Source: Bacteroidia bacterium
GTDB lineage: Bacteria > Bacteroidota > Bacteroidia > M30B66
Assembly (NCBI GenBank): GCA_965279035.1
Contig: OZ257142.1
Span: 1,888,001-1,952,000 of the forward strand
Direction: 5' to 3'
Length of the DNA stretch: 64,000 nt
The translations under genes were made by a program, and so were the position numbers. Of the stretch, positions 18,761-28,081 are shown piece by piece. Under the pieces are notes generated by a model. The model did not search any database. It saw nothing but the letters and a program-made list of their open reading frames with translations, and was not told where the DNA came from. How positions within the stretch are numbered: the stretch's first letter is position 1; every line of letters starts with the position of its first letter.

Positions 18761-20899
18761 TTATTTCCCAACGAAAACAAACTTCTTAAATGCTGTTCCT
18801 TGCTGAGATTGAATGCGTAATTGATAGATTCCTGGGGTAAACGAATCTAAAGGAAAAGTCATTATTGAATTAGCATTTTTGAATGACATGCTTTTCACAT
18901 TTTTACCATCAATCGAAAATAGATCGATTCGAACATCCTGATTTTGGTTGGAAAATGAACGCTGACGGATGCTAATATATTCTGAAGCAGGATTTGGAAA
19001 TAGTTCAAATTGATCAAGTTCTGTGCTTACAATGGCTGATAATTCATTGGAGACGTTAGGCGTTGTCATTCCTTGATCGAACAAAATCCAAGGAGCTCCA
19101 CCATTAATTTGTCTTCCCCAGCTTTGGTCTGTAGTTAAAGCAGGTACACTCACTGAATCGATGATTTGAATGGTGCCGGCAGATTCACTCAGAATGATTT
19201 TCTCACCCGCAGCCGAAATTTTAAAGTTCGTATGCAAAGCTCCTAATTCAACCGAATCATCAGCCCAAACTAATTTATAAGAACCTGCAGGCATAATGGT
19301 TTCCAAACTTCCTGTAGGGAATTGATATTTTGACAAGTTGTTTTCATCATCGCTGATGTATTTACCAGCTAAATCAATCGAATTGAGTGAAGCATTATAT
19401 AACTCAATCCAATCGCTAAACATACCATCGGGCGATGAAATAGTTGCTGAATTGGATGACATCACTTCATTAATGAAAATGGAATTTGTTGGAGGAATCG
19501 GAGTATCGTTATCTTGAATGATGAGATCAAACGCATCTTGAAATCCTGCAATAAATCCTGCACTCGGATTTTCTATGCTCATCGTTAAGGTCTCATTGCC
19601 TTCTATGGATAAATCATCTACCGTTGAAATTGCGATGGTTGTATCTGTTAATCCAGCGGCAAATGCAATAGTAATTATTCCTCCGCTTGGACTTGGTGAA
19701 CACGAATAATCAGCAGAAGTTAATCCAGCTCCTTCGCTTAAATGAACATCAAAACTCCCACTTTGAGAAGCTGCAGGTTCTAAATGAACAATGACTGAAT
19801 AAGAATTTCCTTCGGGAATTTGCATGCTTTCAATTGAAAACTGAATTGTGGAAGCATTATTCAAATCGTTCACAATAAGTAATGTTTGAGATTCGCTTCC
19901 GATCGAAAGTCCTGCACTAATATTATTAATATTCAAGGCACCTGTTTCTTGTCCTTCAGTTATTCCATCTTCATTTGCAGCAATTTGCACAATAAAAGAA
20001 ATGGCTCCAGCTGGAATAGTCACTGGAATTGATGCCCCGCTGAAAGTTGGAGTTGATGTTAAATCGGCTGATGTCAACATTCCAGTAAGCAATAAATTAA
20101 GGGTTTGGATACTAGAAGTTGCTGGGTTGAAATTCAATTGAATTTCTTGATATGGTGCACCTTCGGTCAAGGTAATTTCACTTTGTTCTAAGGTAACTAC
20201 CGATGGAGTTTGTCCAGTAAATGTGAAATTCCAAGCTGGCCAAACTGTATTTCCTGCTATAGCAATATCAACTGATGAGGTCCAGTTTGCTGAGTTGAAG
20301 ATGGCATCGTGAATTTGAGACGCAGTACCATTGAATCCATCGAGATTGAAAAATAAATTTGGAATGATATCTCCTAAGTTGATTGGAGCTTGTGCCGATT
20401 CGCCCAATACGAGGGGAGATGGTAAGCAAGTTATATTGGTATTAGGAGTTCCGGTTACACAAATCGTTTCAAAACTGCTGTTGCTAATAGCTGCAATAAA
20501 GGATGGACTGGAATCCGCACCGGTGTATGCTAAAATTTGTTCACCGGCTGAAGATAAATTGGGTAATTCACCAACAACAGAACCTGGACCTGTGAGGAGT
20601 GAAAGTCCATTGGCAATATTATCATCGGCAATATAAACGATTGCTCCCGCTAACAATACATTCGAAGGACTTGTCCATACGAGGGTTTGTTCATTTGCCC
20701 ATAAGGCAGTTCCGTCCCAGCCATTATCAGTAAAAGAGATGGAAGTGTTAGCTGGTAAATCTTCTAAAGTCACAAATGCAAATCCATCAGGAGCTGAGTT
20801 TTGAAAACCGACAAAAGCAATTCCACCAACATTGGGCACTTGTGCAAAAAAATTGATGAATGTGATAGTTGTAAGAAAAGTAAGTAGCAGTTTTTTCAT
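18761..20899 (-). CDS. T9SS type-A secreted protein: N-domain, 2 Calx-beta-like domains, LTD (paralog 1)
   Basis: Signal peptide FFAQ; PDGFAFVTL..ISFTDNGW; IFINEVMSSN...SDWIELYN...TTPNVSN; CTD LFPNPASE. Confidence 0.8.
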   Translation of the reverse strand: MKKLLLTFLTTITFINFFAQVPNVGGIAFVGFQNSAPDGFAFVTLEDLPANTSISFTDNGWDGTALWANEQTLVWTSPSNVLLAGAIVYIADDNIANGLSLLTGPGSVVGELPNLSSAGEQILAYTGADSSPSFIAAISNSSFETICVTGTPNTNITCLPSPLVLGESAQAPINLGDIIPNLFFNLDGFNGTASQIHDAIFNSANWTSSVDIAIAGNTVWPAWNFTFTGQTPSVVTLEQSEITLTEGAPYQEIQLNFNPATSSIQTLNLLLTGMLTSADLTSTPTFSGASIPVTIPAGAISFIVQIAANEDGITEGQETGALNINNISAGLSIGSESQTLLIVNDLNNASTIQFSIESMQIPEGNSYSVIVHLEPAASQSGSFDVHLSEGAGLTSADYSCSPSPSGGIITIAFAAGLTDTTIAISTVDDLSIEGNETLTMSIENPSAGFIAGFQDAFDLIIQDNDTPIPPTNSIFINEVMSSNSATISSPDGMFSDWIELYNASLNSIDLAGKYISDDENNLSKYQFPTGSLETIMPAGSYKLVWADDSVELGALHTNFKISAAGEKIILSESAGTIQIIDSVSVPALTTDQSWGRQINGGAPWILFDQGMTTPNVSNELSAIVSTELDQFELFPNPASEYISIRQRSFSNQNQDVRIDLFSIDGKNVKSMSFKNANSIMTFPLDSFTPGIYQLRIQSQQGTAFKKFVFVGK

Positions 20900-20947
20900 G
20901 GTATCAAGCTTAATCGAATGGATATCGGTTTATGTACTGAAATGAAT

Positions 20948-22111
20948 CTAAAAAAGGTATTGCCAACCAATTCGGTATTGATTTACCCAATCGGGAGCAT
21001 TGATTGCTTCTGACTGAATAACATGAATGTATTGAGCTTTGATCATCGATCTGAAACCATTGATTTGATATGCCATTGCAGCTGAAATACGTTCATTTGT
21101 ACCAATCAACAAATCGTTTGCATTATAGCTTTCATAACGTCCCGAAAGTATCAAATTTAATGGTCGAATATGATAGTTAAGTTGAGCAGCATATCCTCCG
21201 GCAAATACATTTCCTCCCGTGTTTTTTCTAGAATTTCCGTAGAATAAATAACTCGTTGAATCTTGAGGAGTCATTTTCATTCGGATAATTTCGAACTGAG
21301 CAGAAATTCCATTCCATTGGGCTGCTGCATCAAAACCAAATGATGTTTTTTCTCCATCAATGAGTTTAATTCCATAACCACTAACAGCACCAGCAGGGAA
21401 AAAGGCTCCTTGAGGTAATTTCCTATTCGTATAACGACCACTCAAACCTAAACCAAACATGGGTTTTTTCACATGACGTGTATCAATTTCCTGATAACGA
21501 TATTGAGTTGGCCAACCTACATTCAAACGTCCGGTATATTCCAAGGCTCCGCTAGCATCATTATCACCTTTCAAACTCACTTCACCTAAACCAGTATAAA
21601 TACCGAGATTGATTGAAGCCCGTTGTTTCCAAAAGCTTTTCGAAAGTTCAGCGCCCACATCACGCATACTTGCGAAACTTCCACGTAAAAATTCGGGACG
21701 TTGCCAATAGACAGAACTTGTAAATGGAGTTAAATCGGAACGTGACCAAGAGATTTTTCCATATCCCATGCGGATATCGAACCATTTCAATCCTTTATAC
21801 ATCATCCAAGCATCCATCAATCCGGGGTTTTCTGGATCGTTTGCACCAGCAATGATATCGGCAATATCGAATTGAATTTGATATTCCCAGTTTTTACCTC
21901 TACGACCGTCAATTTGAATTTGAGCATCGCGCAGGTTAAAGCGGTTTTTACTTTTATCTAAAACCCCCGTGGATAAATCTCGGTAATTGTAATAAGTAGA
22001 AAAGCAACCCGAAATTTCTAAGGAATTATCTCCGTTTCCTACAGCCGTTTGAGCGTGTGATTGGAATGAAAATGCCCAAATAAAAACAATCCAAATTCTA
22101 TTTAACTTCAT
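20948..22111 (-). CDS. Phosphate-selective porin (OprO/OprP-like) family protein
   Basis: Start MKLNRIW (22111) with signal peptide SHAQ; FNLRDAQIQIDG...YQIQFD...LMDAW...IRMGYGK...RDVG; C-terminal aromatic WQYLF. Confidence 0.65.
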   Translation of the reverse strand: MKLNRIWIVFIWAFSFQSHAQTAVGNGDNSLEISGCFSTYYNYRDLSTGVLDKSKNRFNLRDAQIQIDGRRGKNWEYQIQFDIADIIAGANDPENPGLMDAWMMYKGLKWFDIRMGYGKISWSRSDLTPFTSSVYWQRPEFLRGSFASMRDVGAELSKSFWKQRASINLGIYTGLGEVSLKGDNDASGALEYTGRLNVGWPTQYRYQEIDTRHVKKPMFGLGLSGRYTNRKLPQGAFFPAGAVSGYGIKLIDGEKTSFGFDAAAQWNGISAQFEIIRMKMTPQDSTSYLFYGNSRKNTGGNVFAGGYAAQLNYHIRPLNLILSGRYESYNANDLLIGTNERISAAMAYQINGFRSMIKAQYIHVIQSEAINAPDWVNQYRIGWQYLF

Positions 22112-22820
22112 ATGAACTTGTTTTTGGATCGTTAAAGAAATACAGTCGATGACCATCATCACTCAAGATTAATAATCGCCCATCAGGTAGAAATGCCAAG
22201 CCTTCTGGATTTAAAACAGGTAATTTATAGCGTTTGATGATTGTTCCTTTTTTCCAATCAGTTAGCCAGAGTTCTGCTTTTTCATCACTCAATAACCAGA
22301 GGGATTTACTATTCCAACAAGCTGAAGAAACATCACCCGGAACATTCCATTGAGTTCTGCTAATCTCTTTGAGATCCTTATCGAGAATGAACATCCAAAC
22401 AGGTTCTTTCTCAGTGAATAGTAAGTATTGATTTTCGTTAGTTTTCGTAATCCCTTCGAAGGATTTATTCCTTCCACCTTCGTAAGGAATATAGTTGGTA
22501 CTAACCAATGAAAAATCACTTATCAGGTATTTTTTGATAAAACGATTACGCTCTTCAACTACATATACATACTGTTCATCAGCATAAACACCTTCAGCAT
22601 CCACCAAATTTGTCGTTGTTGAACGAAGCACTTTTCCATCCCAATCGGTTTCATACAAACCACCATGATCACTCACGATAAATAAGGATTTACCATCAAA
22701 CGAAACAGCCACATCCGAAGGCTCAGGAATCGAAAGAGCGATAGATTTTATTTCCTTAAGTGAGATAATTTCTTGTGCTTCTAAGGAACTAATTAGCAAG
22801 AAAATAAATAGGTATTTCAT
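22098..22820 (-). CDS. SdiA-regulated (YjiK-like) beta-propeller protein, exported
   Basis: Repeated EPSD/DAEGV/FEGIT/NPEGLAF blade motifs, LFIVSD and LWLLSDE; signal peptide LEAQ. Confidence 0.75.
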   Translation of the reverse strand: MKYLFIFLLISSLEAQEIISLKEIKSIALSIPEPSDVAVSFDGKSLFIVSDHGGLYETDWDGKVLRSTTTNLVDAEGVYADEQYVYVVEERNRFIKKYLISDFSLVSTNYIPYEGGRNKSFEGITKTNENQYLLFTEKEPVWMFILDKDLKEISRTQWNVPGDVSSACWNSKSLWLLSDEKAELWLTDWKKGTIIKRYKLPVLNPEGLAFLPDGRLLILSDDGHRLYFFNDPKTSSYEVK

Positions 22821-23380
22821 TGGTTGGGATTTCCAGGAGTAGGGTTGGAGGGATAAATCCAGTTATTAACTCCATCGGGAGTACGTGCATTCGACATATT
22901 ATCTTCGGTTTGTAAACCAAATGAAGTGCTATCAACAACGAAGGAAACGTTATTCACTTTATGATAAAGTGCCACATGTTCACCCGAAGATGATAAACCG
23001 AAATTGGTATGAATCTGTGGTGCTAAACGTATAGAATCATCACAAAAAATCACTAAGAAATCACCAGGGCCGATAGTTCTTTCGGGCAATTCAAATTTTT
23101 CAGGATCGGCTGGATTATCCGAAATAAACCAGGTTCCTTGTTTTAAGGTATATGATTGTGACGCAGAATTATAGAGTTCAATCCAATCACTTGTATTGCC
23201 TAAATCGGTCGTCAATAAAGAACCCTTTGCAAGGACTTCATTTATTTTAATGTAATAAAAAGCATTCGAATCTGATGGTGTGATAATAATTGGATCCTTT
23301 TCAAAAATTCGATCTTTTGTACACGAAACGAAGCTGAAAATGGAAATGAATACGAGTATTGGAAGCGATCTAAATTTCAT
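22817..23380 (-). CDS. Lamin-tail-domain lipoprotein
   Basis: Lipobox FVSC; IKINEV...SDWIELYN...IHTNFGLSSSGE...PTPGNPN; ATGA overlap with the next gene. Confidence 0.8.
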   Translation of the reverse strand: MKFRSLPILVFISIFSFVSCTKDRIFEKDPIIITPSDSNAFYYIKINEVLAKGSLLTTDLGNTSDWIELYNSASQSYTLKQGTWFISDNPADPEKFELPERTIGPGDFLVIFCDDSIRLAPQIHTNFGLSSSGEHVALYHKVNNVSFVVDSTSFGLQTEDNMSNARTPDGVNNWIYPSNPTPGNPNQ

Positions 23381-23387
23381 AGAAAAA

Positions 23388-25607
23388 TTAATGAATGACC
23401 ATTACTTGTTGAGTTTTCGAACGCAATGAATTATTTACGTTAACATAGTATATCCCATCTTTTACATCTGTCAACATCGATAATTGTTGATTCATCCCTT
23501 TGGATAAAACTATACTTCCTCTGTAAACTACTTTTCCTGTTTGATCAATTACCTGAATGCTTGCTTTTTCGTTTTCATTTCCTGAAATCTTTAAATCAGA
23601 AAGACGTGAAACAAGCGAAGGATAAATTGAAAGTGATAGCGAATGATCGATCATATTGATTCCAGCACTCGTATCAGGAACAATCGGATTGGTTAATCGT
23701 GTGAAAGCTCTACGATACCAATCAGCCAATTGCGCATCATGAACTACTAAAGTGTTCTCGTCATTTTTTGTATTGGCATTGTTCGACCAATTGTGAGATC
23801 CAGTCCATACAATCGGATCACTTTCCGAACCTGCATCTACCACAAAAAACTTATGGTGCATGATGACATTGGTATCGGGATTCACTTTTAAATTTGCTCC
23901 TAACGTGCTAAATAAACTAGCATATACTGTTGTCGTTGTTGCATCATCAATATAACATTGTGAATTTACACCTTGAGTAGTTACCGAATCAATCGCTTGA
24001 GCAATTTCGGCTCGTGTAATTAACATCGTAGCAATATGAAGACTATCATCAGCAGTCAAAATGGTTCTTACTAATTGGTCGTTTGTATTATCGCTCGGAC
24101 TGAAATAACATTCAACACGTTTACCACCAATAGTAAATTCATGTGGTGTATTATCTTGTTTAGCTGATCCAAATCGTGAATTCAATGTATCCGGTAAATC
24201 ACCGTTACTTCCCCACATTTCTTCAAATTCTAATTGATAGGTGCGTGCTAAAGTTTGATCTTGAACAATGATTACGTTATTCGGATCTCTATTTATTTGA
24301 CGATCTGTCCAATTGGTGCTGCCTGTCCATACAATTGGTTTTGCTGGATTTGTATGATTGGCATCGATCACGACAAATTTATTATGCATGATGGTATAAC
24401 TACCGCCAGTTGGACTTACTATTTTCGGGATAGCTGGTAGTAAATCATTTACTCCAAAGTTTGTTGGAACCTGATTTCCATCGGAAATGAATCGCACTCT
24501 CACACCACGATTGTAAGCTGCATTTATAGCTGCTGAAATAGAAGAAATGCTCGCATTATCGAAATCGTAAATGGTCAAATCCAAGGTTTCTTCTGCACGA
24601 TTGATATAGGCTACTAGCGAATCGTCGAGTAAGTTTAATTGAGCTAATTGAGGCAGATTAGAACCATTGGCAGTATCAACCGGGTGATTGAAATAGGCTT
24701 TAATCCAACCCAAAGAATTTGATTGTGTGCCAAAAACTTTTATCGGTCCATACGCTGTATTCCCATTTGCTGAAGAAGATACTTGGTAATAATAAATTTG
24801 TCCGGCATCAACAGTAGATAAATCAATTGTATGATTAGAAGTTGGTGTATTATCGACTTCAGATCCTAATTCAAGAGCAGGAGTTAATCCATAATTAACT
24901 ACCGTTGTTCCTGGGATATTCGTTGTCCATGAAAATGTAACATTATTTTGTTGAATGTTACTTAATGTTACAGCAGATGTAATGTTGATTCCATCAGGAG
25001 TGATGAAATCATTCATGTCTCTTGCTAAAACTTGATATATAGTATTGTATTCGGAACAAATTCCAACCAAATCAATCGAACCAACTGGAATTGTTTGTCC
25101 AACTAATGCAGTTCCATTTTTTACATATATAGTAGCTTGTTCAGCTCCATATGAAAAAGTATATGAGGTATTTCCTGTAATAGTACTTCCTCCATCCGAA
25201 AACACAACACCATTTAATCGAACCAACTCACTTTCGAGCGTTTCGTTTAGCTGTGATGGCGTAACCAATTGTGGAGTAGGAAGCGTCGTTTGTCCAAAAG
25301 GGGTTGAAGCCGTTACCGGATTGAGTTCAAACAGTCCGTTAAAATCGACTATCGTTCCGCTCACTTCCACACTGTCGCCTCGATTTAATTGACTAGCAAA
25401 AGAAGTACTGTAGATTGCTAAACCACCTGTTCCATCTTCAATATACCGTATCAAACCCAATTCAGAACCGTTGGTGATTACACCTCGGATTGTTACGTTT
25501 GCGTTAATTCCTTGAAGTCGGGCATCGGCAATTGTTGTCTGACTGTTAACATTGCCGGAAAATAAAATACAAACAGCGAAGAAAAATTGATTGAAAAAGT
25601 AGCGCAT
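23388..25607 (-). CDS. Secreted PLD-superfamily phosphodiesterase/nuclease: 2 OB-fold-like domains, FN3-like domain, 2 HKD domains, T9SS CTD
   Basis: MHNKFVVID...WTGSTNW and MHHKFFVVD...WTGSHNW; N-terminal VTIRGVIT...YIEDGTGG...GDSVEVSG OB pattern; CTD SIYPS...DQTGK...GIYYV. Confidence 0.8.
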   Translation of the reverse strand: MRYFFNQFFFAVCILFSGNVNSQTTIADARLQGINANVTIRGVITNGSELGLIRYIEDGTGGLAIYSTSFASQLNRGDSVEVSGTIVDFNGLFELNPVTASTPFGQTTLPTPQLVTPSQLNETLESELVRLNGVVFSDGGSTITGNTSYTFSYGAEQATIYVKNGTALVGQTIPVGSIDLVGICSEYNTIYQVLARDMNDFITPDGINITSAVTLSNIQQNNVTFSWTTNIPGTTVVNYGLTPALELGSEVDNTPTSNHTIDLSTVDAGQIYYYQVSSSANGNTAYGPIKVFGTQSNSLGWIKAYFNHPVDTANGSNLPQLAQLNLLDDSLVAYINRAEETLDLTIYDFDNASISSISAAINAAYNRGVRVRFISDGNQVPTNFGVNDLLPAIPKIVSPTGGSYTIMHNKFVVIDANHTNPAKPIVWTGSTNWTDRQINRDPNNVIIVQDQTLARTYQLEFEEMWGSNGDLPDTLNSRFGSAKQDNTPHEFTIGGKRVECYFSPSDNTNDQLVRTILTADDSLHIATMLITRAEIAQAIDSVTTQGVNSQCYIDDATTTTVYASLFSTLGANLKVNPDTNVIMHHKFFVVDAGSESDPIVWTGSHNWSNNANTKNDENTLVVHDAQLADWYRRAFTRLTNPIVPDTSAGINMIDHSLSLSIYPSLVSRLSDLKISGNENEKASIQVIDQTGKVVYRGSIVLSKGMNQQLSMLTDVKDGIYYVNVNNSLRSKTQQVMVIH

Positions 25608-25675
25608 ACCTTTGTTATGATTGAGTTCGGAAAAAAGACTCCGATTTACAAAGGTTCGGCTAGGGATTGCAAACT

Positions 25676-25715
25676 AGGTTAAGTGAAAATTAACCTTCTT
25701 TGCTTTTTAGGTTAA
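25676..25715 (-). promoter_or_regulatory. TTAA-core repeats on an 11-bp register upstream of the PLD operon
   Basis: Plus-strand AGGTTAA at 25676 and 25709 (33 bp apart) and AAATTAA at 25687; inverted TTAACCT at 25690. Confidence 0.3.
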
Positions 25716-25739
25716 ATGTGAAATTGGAGAAAATCGATT

Positions 25740-27185
25740 TTACAACTCCTGATCACCAAAAAATCCTGAATGAAAATTCACAAAATACAATCGTTCTTGA
25801 GCACGTGTTGTGGCAGTATATAACCAGCGCAAATAATTTCGATCGAGCAATTCTTCGGTCACATATCCTTGATCAACAAATACACATTTCCATTGTCCAC
25901 CTTGTGCTTTGTGGCACGTTACTGCATAAGAAAATTTCACTTGAAGCGCATTCAAAAATGGATCAGCCTTCATCAATTTCATTCGTGCCGATTTGGTAGG
26001 AACACTGGAATAATCTTCCGCAATCACTTCACGTAGTTTTTTCTGTTCTGGCCATGGCAAACTCGCTTGTTCTATATCTAAGGTGTTCAATAATAAACGG
26101 ACTTCGATATCTGGTTCATCTGGATAATCGATGAGTCGGACTTGTGCATCCGCGAAGCGAAAACCACCTTTTTCGTAGCGTTTTCCTAAGCGTTGAATTT
26201 CCATCGTATCACCATTAGCAATAAATCCTGGTCCGCTCGTTTCGGGAAGCCAATGGTAGTTGTTCTTTACCACCATCAAATGATCACCGCTGCTTATTTC
26301 TTCTTCTTGCCAGCGTATTCGTGCACGGATTTGTTTGTTATAAAGGTTGGCATTTTTGTTTGATCGCGTAATGACTAATACTTCATCTGTACCATATTTA
26401 TTATATGCCGAATTCAAGGCATCTTCCAGCTCCATTCCGCTAATGCGCATCACATCCTGAAATCCTTCCGCCACCAAATTGGGAAAGGTATTCAAGCTCG
26501 CATCCAATTGATTTCGAATCTGTGTCGCATTAAATAAAATCCCACTTTCTAAACGCTGACGCATCACTTCGGTTAATCGACTTTCATCCACATGAAGAAA
26601 ATAATGTTCCCGTAATTCTTTGCTGTCTAACGCTGGACTTTCTTCCAAGCCAACTGGTGGTAACTGTGCTCCATCGCCAATTAAAATCAATCGACATTCA
26701 TTTCCACTCGTTACATATTGAATCAAATCGCCAAGCAGGTTTTGTTCTGTTTCGAAATTTTCTCCACCAATCATCGAAGCTTCATCCACAATGAAAACAG
26801 TGCGACGATGCTTGTTCTGTTGCATGGCGAAGTGCATTCCCAAATCGCCACTTTGTGCAAAGTAGATTTTCTTGTGAATGGTATAAGCTGCTTGTTTGGC
26901 GTAAGCCGATAGTACTTTAGCTGCACGCCCGGTTGGTGCTAATAAAACCGTCCGCAAACTAGTTAAAGGCAGCGTTTTTACTAATGATCGAACTATACTT
27001 GTTTTCCCCGTTCCTGCATACCCTCGAATGACAAAAACACGATTCGCTTCAGGTTTTGATAAAAACTCAGTGAGTTGACGAAATAGCAATGCCTGTCCCT
27101 CGGTTGGAGGGAAGCCGAGGTGCTTTTCTAATAAGCCGATAAAGTCGCTCTTGGTCAATCCGTGGTTTTGGGCTAAACTTGCCAA
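25740..27185 (-). CDS. RecD-like SF1 helicase / ATP-dependent exoDNase family
   Basis: Walker A GYAGTGKT, LAPTGRAA, IVDEASMI, GDGAQLPPV, YAVTCHKAQG, YTATTRA. True start may be TTG 27158 because a TATCTTTG -7 box lies at 27183-27190. Confidence 0.9.
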   Translation of the reverse strand: MASLAQNHGLTKSDFIGLLEKHLGFPPTEGQALLFRQLTEFLSKPEANRVFVIRGYAGTGKTSIVRSLVKTLPLTSLRTVLLAPTGRAAKVLSAYAKQAAYTIHKKIYFAQSGDLGMHFAMQQNKHRRTVFIVDEASMIGGENFETEQNLLGDLIQYVTSGNECRLILIGDGAQLPPVGLEESPALDSKELREHYFLHVDESRLTEVMRQRLESGILFNATQIRNQLDASLNTFPNLVAEGFQDVMRISGMELEDALNSAYNKYGTDEVLVITRSNKNANLYNKQIRARIRWQEEEISSGDHLMVVKNNYHWLPETSGPGFIANGDTMEIQRLGKRYEKGGFRFADAQVRLIDYPDEPDIEVRLLLNTLDIEQASLPWPEQKKLREVIAEDYSSVPTKSARMKLMKADPFLNALQVKFSYAVTCHKAQGGQWKCVFVDQGYVTEELLDRNYLRWLYTATTRAQERLYFVNFHSGFFGDQEL

Positions 27186-27211
27186 AGATAGAGAAGCTCA
27201 TTACTTAAGCG

Positions 27212-28081
27212 ATGTTTCATCCAACTCCACTTGTACAATATGCCGATCCTGCATTTAGTCAGGAACGAACCCGACATTGCCGTTTACGATTACAGGTGTC
27301 TGAGCATGAGTTAAGTCTGGCTGTTTACGATCCATTGGCAGATGCTTTTCCTTTAATTGAACGGTATCCTATTCGTAAAGGATATGCTCAACTAAAACCA
27401 CAGGAAGCACTCGCTCGAATTTTACAGACACATGCTTTAACGCGACTTGAATTTCAATCGGTTGAGGTCATTTTAGTTACTCCCGAGTATACACTTGTTC
27501 CTGCAAGTTTATTCGATTCGAATCAGGCTAGCGATTTTCTTCAACTCAATCATTCCATAAAAAACGAAGATGTTATAAGTTGGGAACGATTCGATACGCA
27601 TGATTTGTATTTCGTGTATGCTTGGCCCAAAAGCTGGCAACAGGTTATTGAAGCTCAATTTCCAAGCGCTCGGATTCGTCACTACACTTCACTGTTAGCG
27701 AGTGGTTTACTTCCCGATTCATTAGGACAAACAATTGTGTTTGTTCACGTTCAGGATTTTAGAGAAGACATTATCGTTATTGCAGATGGAAAACTACTCC
27801 TATTTAATAGTTTTCAATTTCAAAGTCCAGAAGATTTTCTGTATTTCATCATCTTGACTTATGATCGATTGTCGCTGCAACGCGATACAATTCCATTGCG
27901 ACTATTGGGTGAAGTGGAATCGGGATCGGCCATTTATGCCTCCTGTTACAAGTATATACGGGATGTGAATTTTATTCCTCGACGATCGGCAGGTTCAATC
28001 CCCAATCCTGAAGGAGTAACTGAAGCTTTGCCGGCCCATTTTTATTTTAATTTATTACACTTGAGCGATGCGGATTATTAG
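27212..28081 (+). CDS. DUF3822 family protein
   Basis: TLVPASLFD and LLLFNSFQFQSPEDFLYFI motifs; typical position between the helicase and rsmD. Confidence 0.8.
   Translation: MFHPTPLVQYADPAFSQERTRHCRLRLQVSEHELSLAVYDPLADAFPLIERYPIRKGYAQLKPQEALARILQTHALTRLEFQSVEVILVTPEYTLVPASLFDSNQASDFLQLNHSIKNEDVISWERFDTHDLYFVYAWPKSWQQVIEAQFPSARIRHYTSLLASGLLPDSLGQTIVFVHVQDFREDIIVIADGKLLLFNSFQFQSPEDFLYFIILTYDRLSLQRDTIPLRLLGEVESGSAIYASCYKYIRDVNFIPRRSAGSIPNPEGVTEALPAHFYFNLLHLSDADY

Noticed and set aside
3352-23380. CotH-kinase/VTC polyphosphate-type locus suggested by the LTD subtype
   Set aside because: No CotH kinase, VTC or DUF4956 gene recognisable in the window
23388-27185. PLD plus helicase as an anti-phage defence pair
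   Set aside because: The PLD has a signal peptide and T9SS CTD (extracellular); the helicase belongs to the conserved helicase/DUF3822/rsmD housekeeping block
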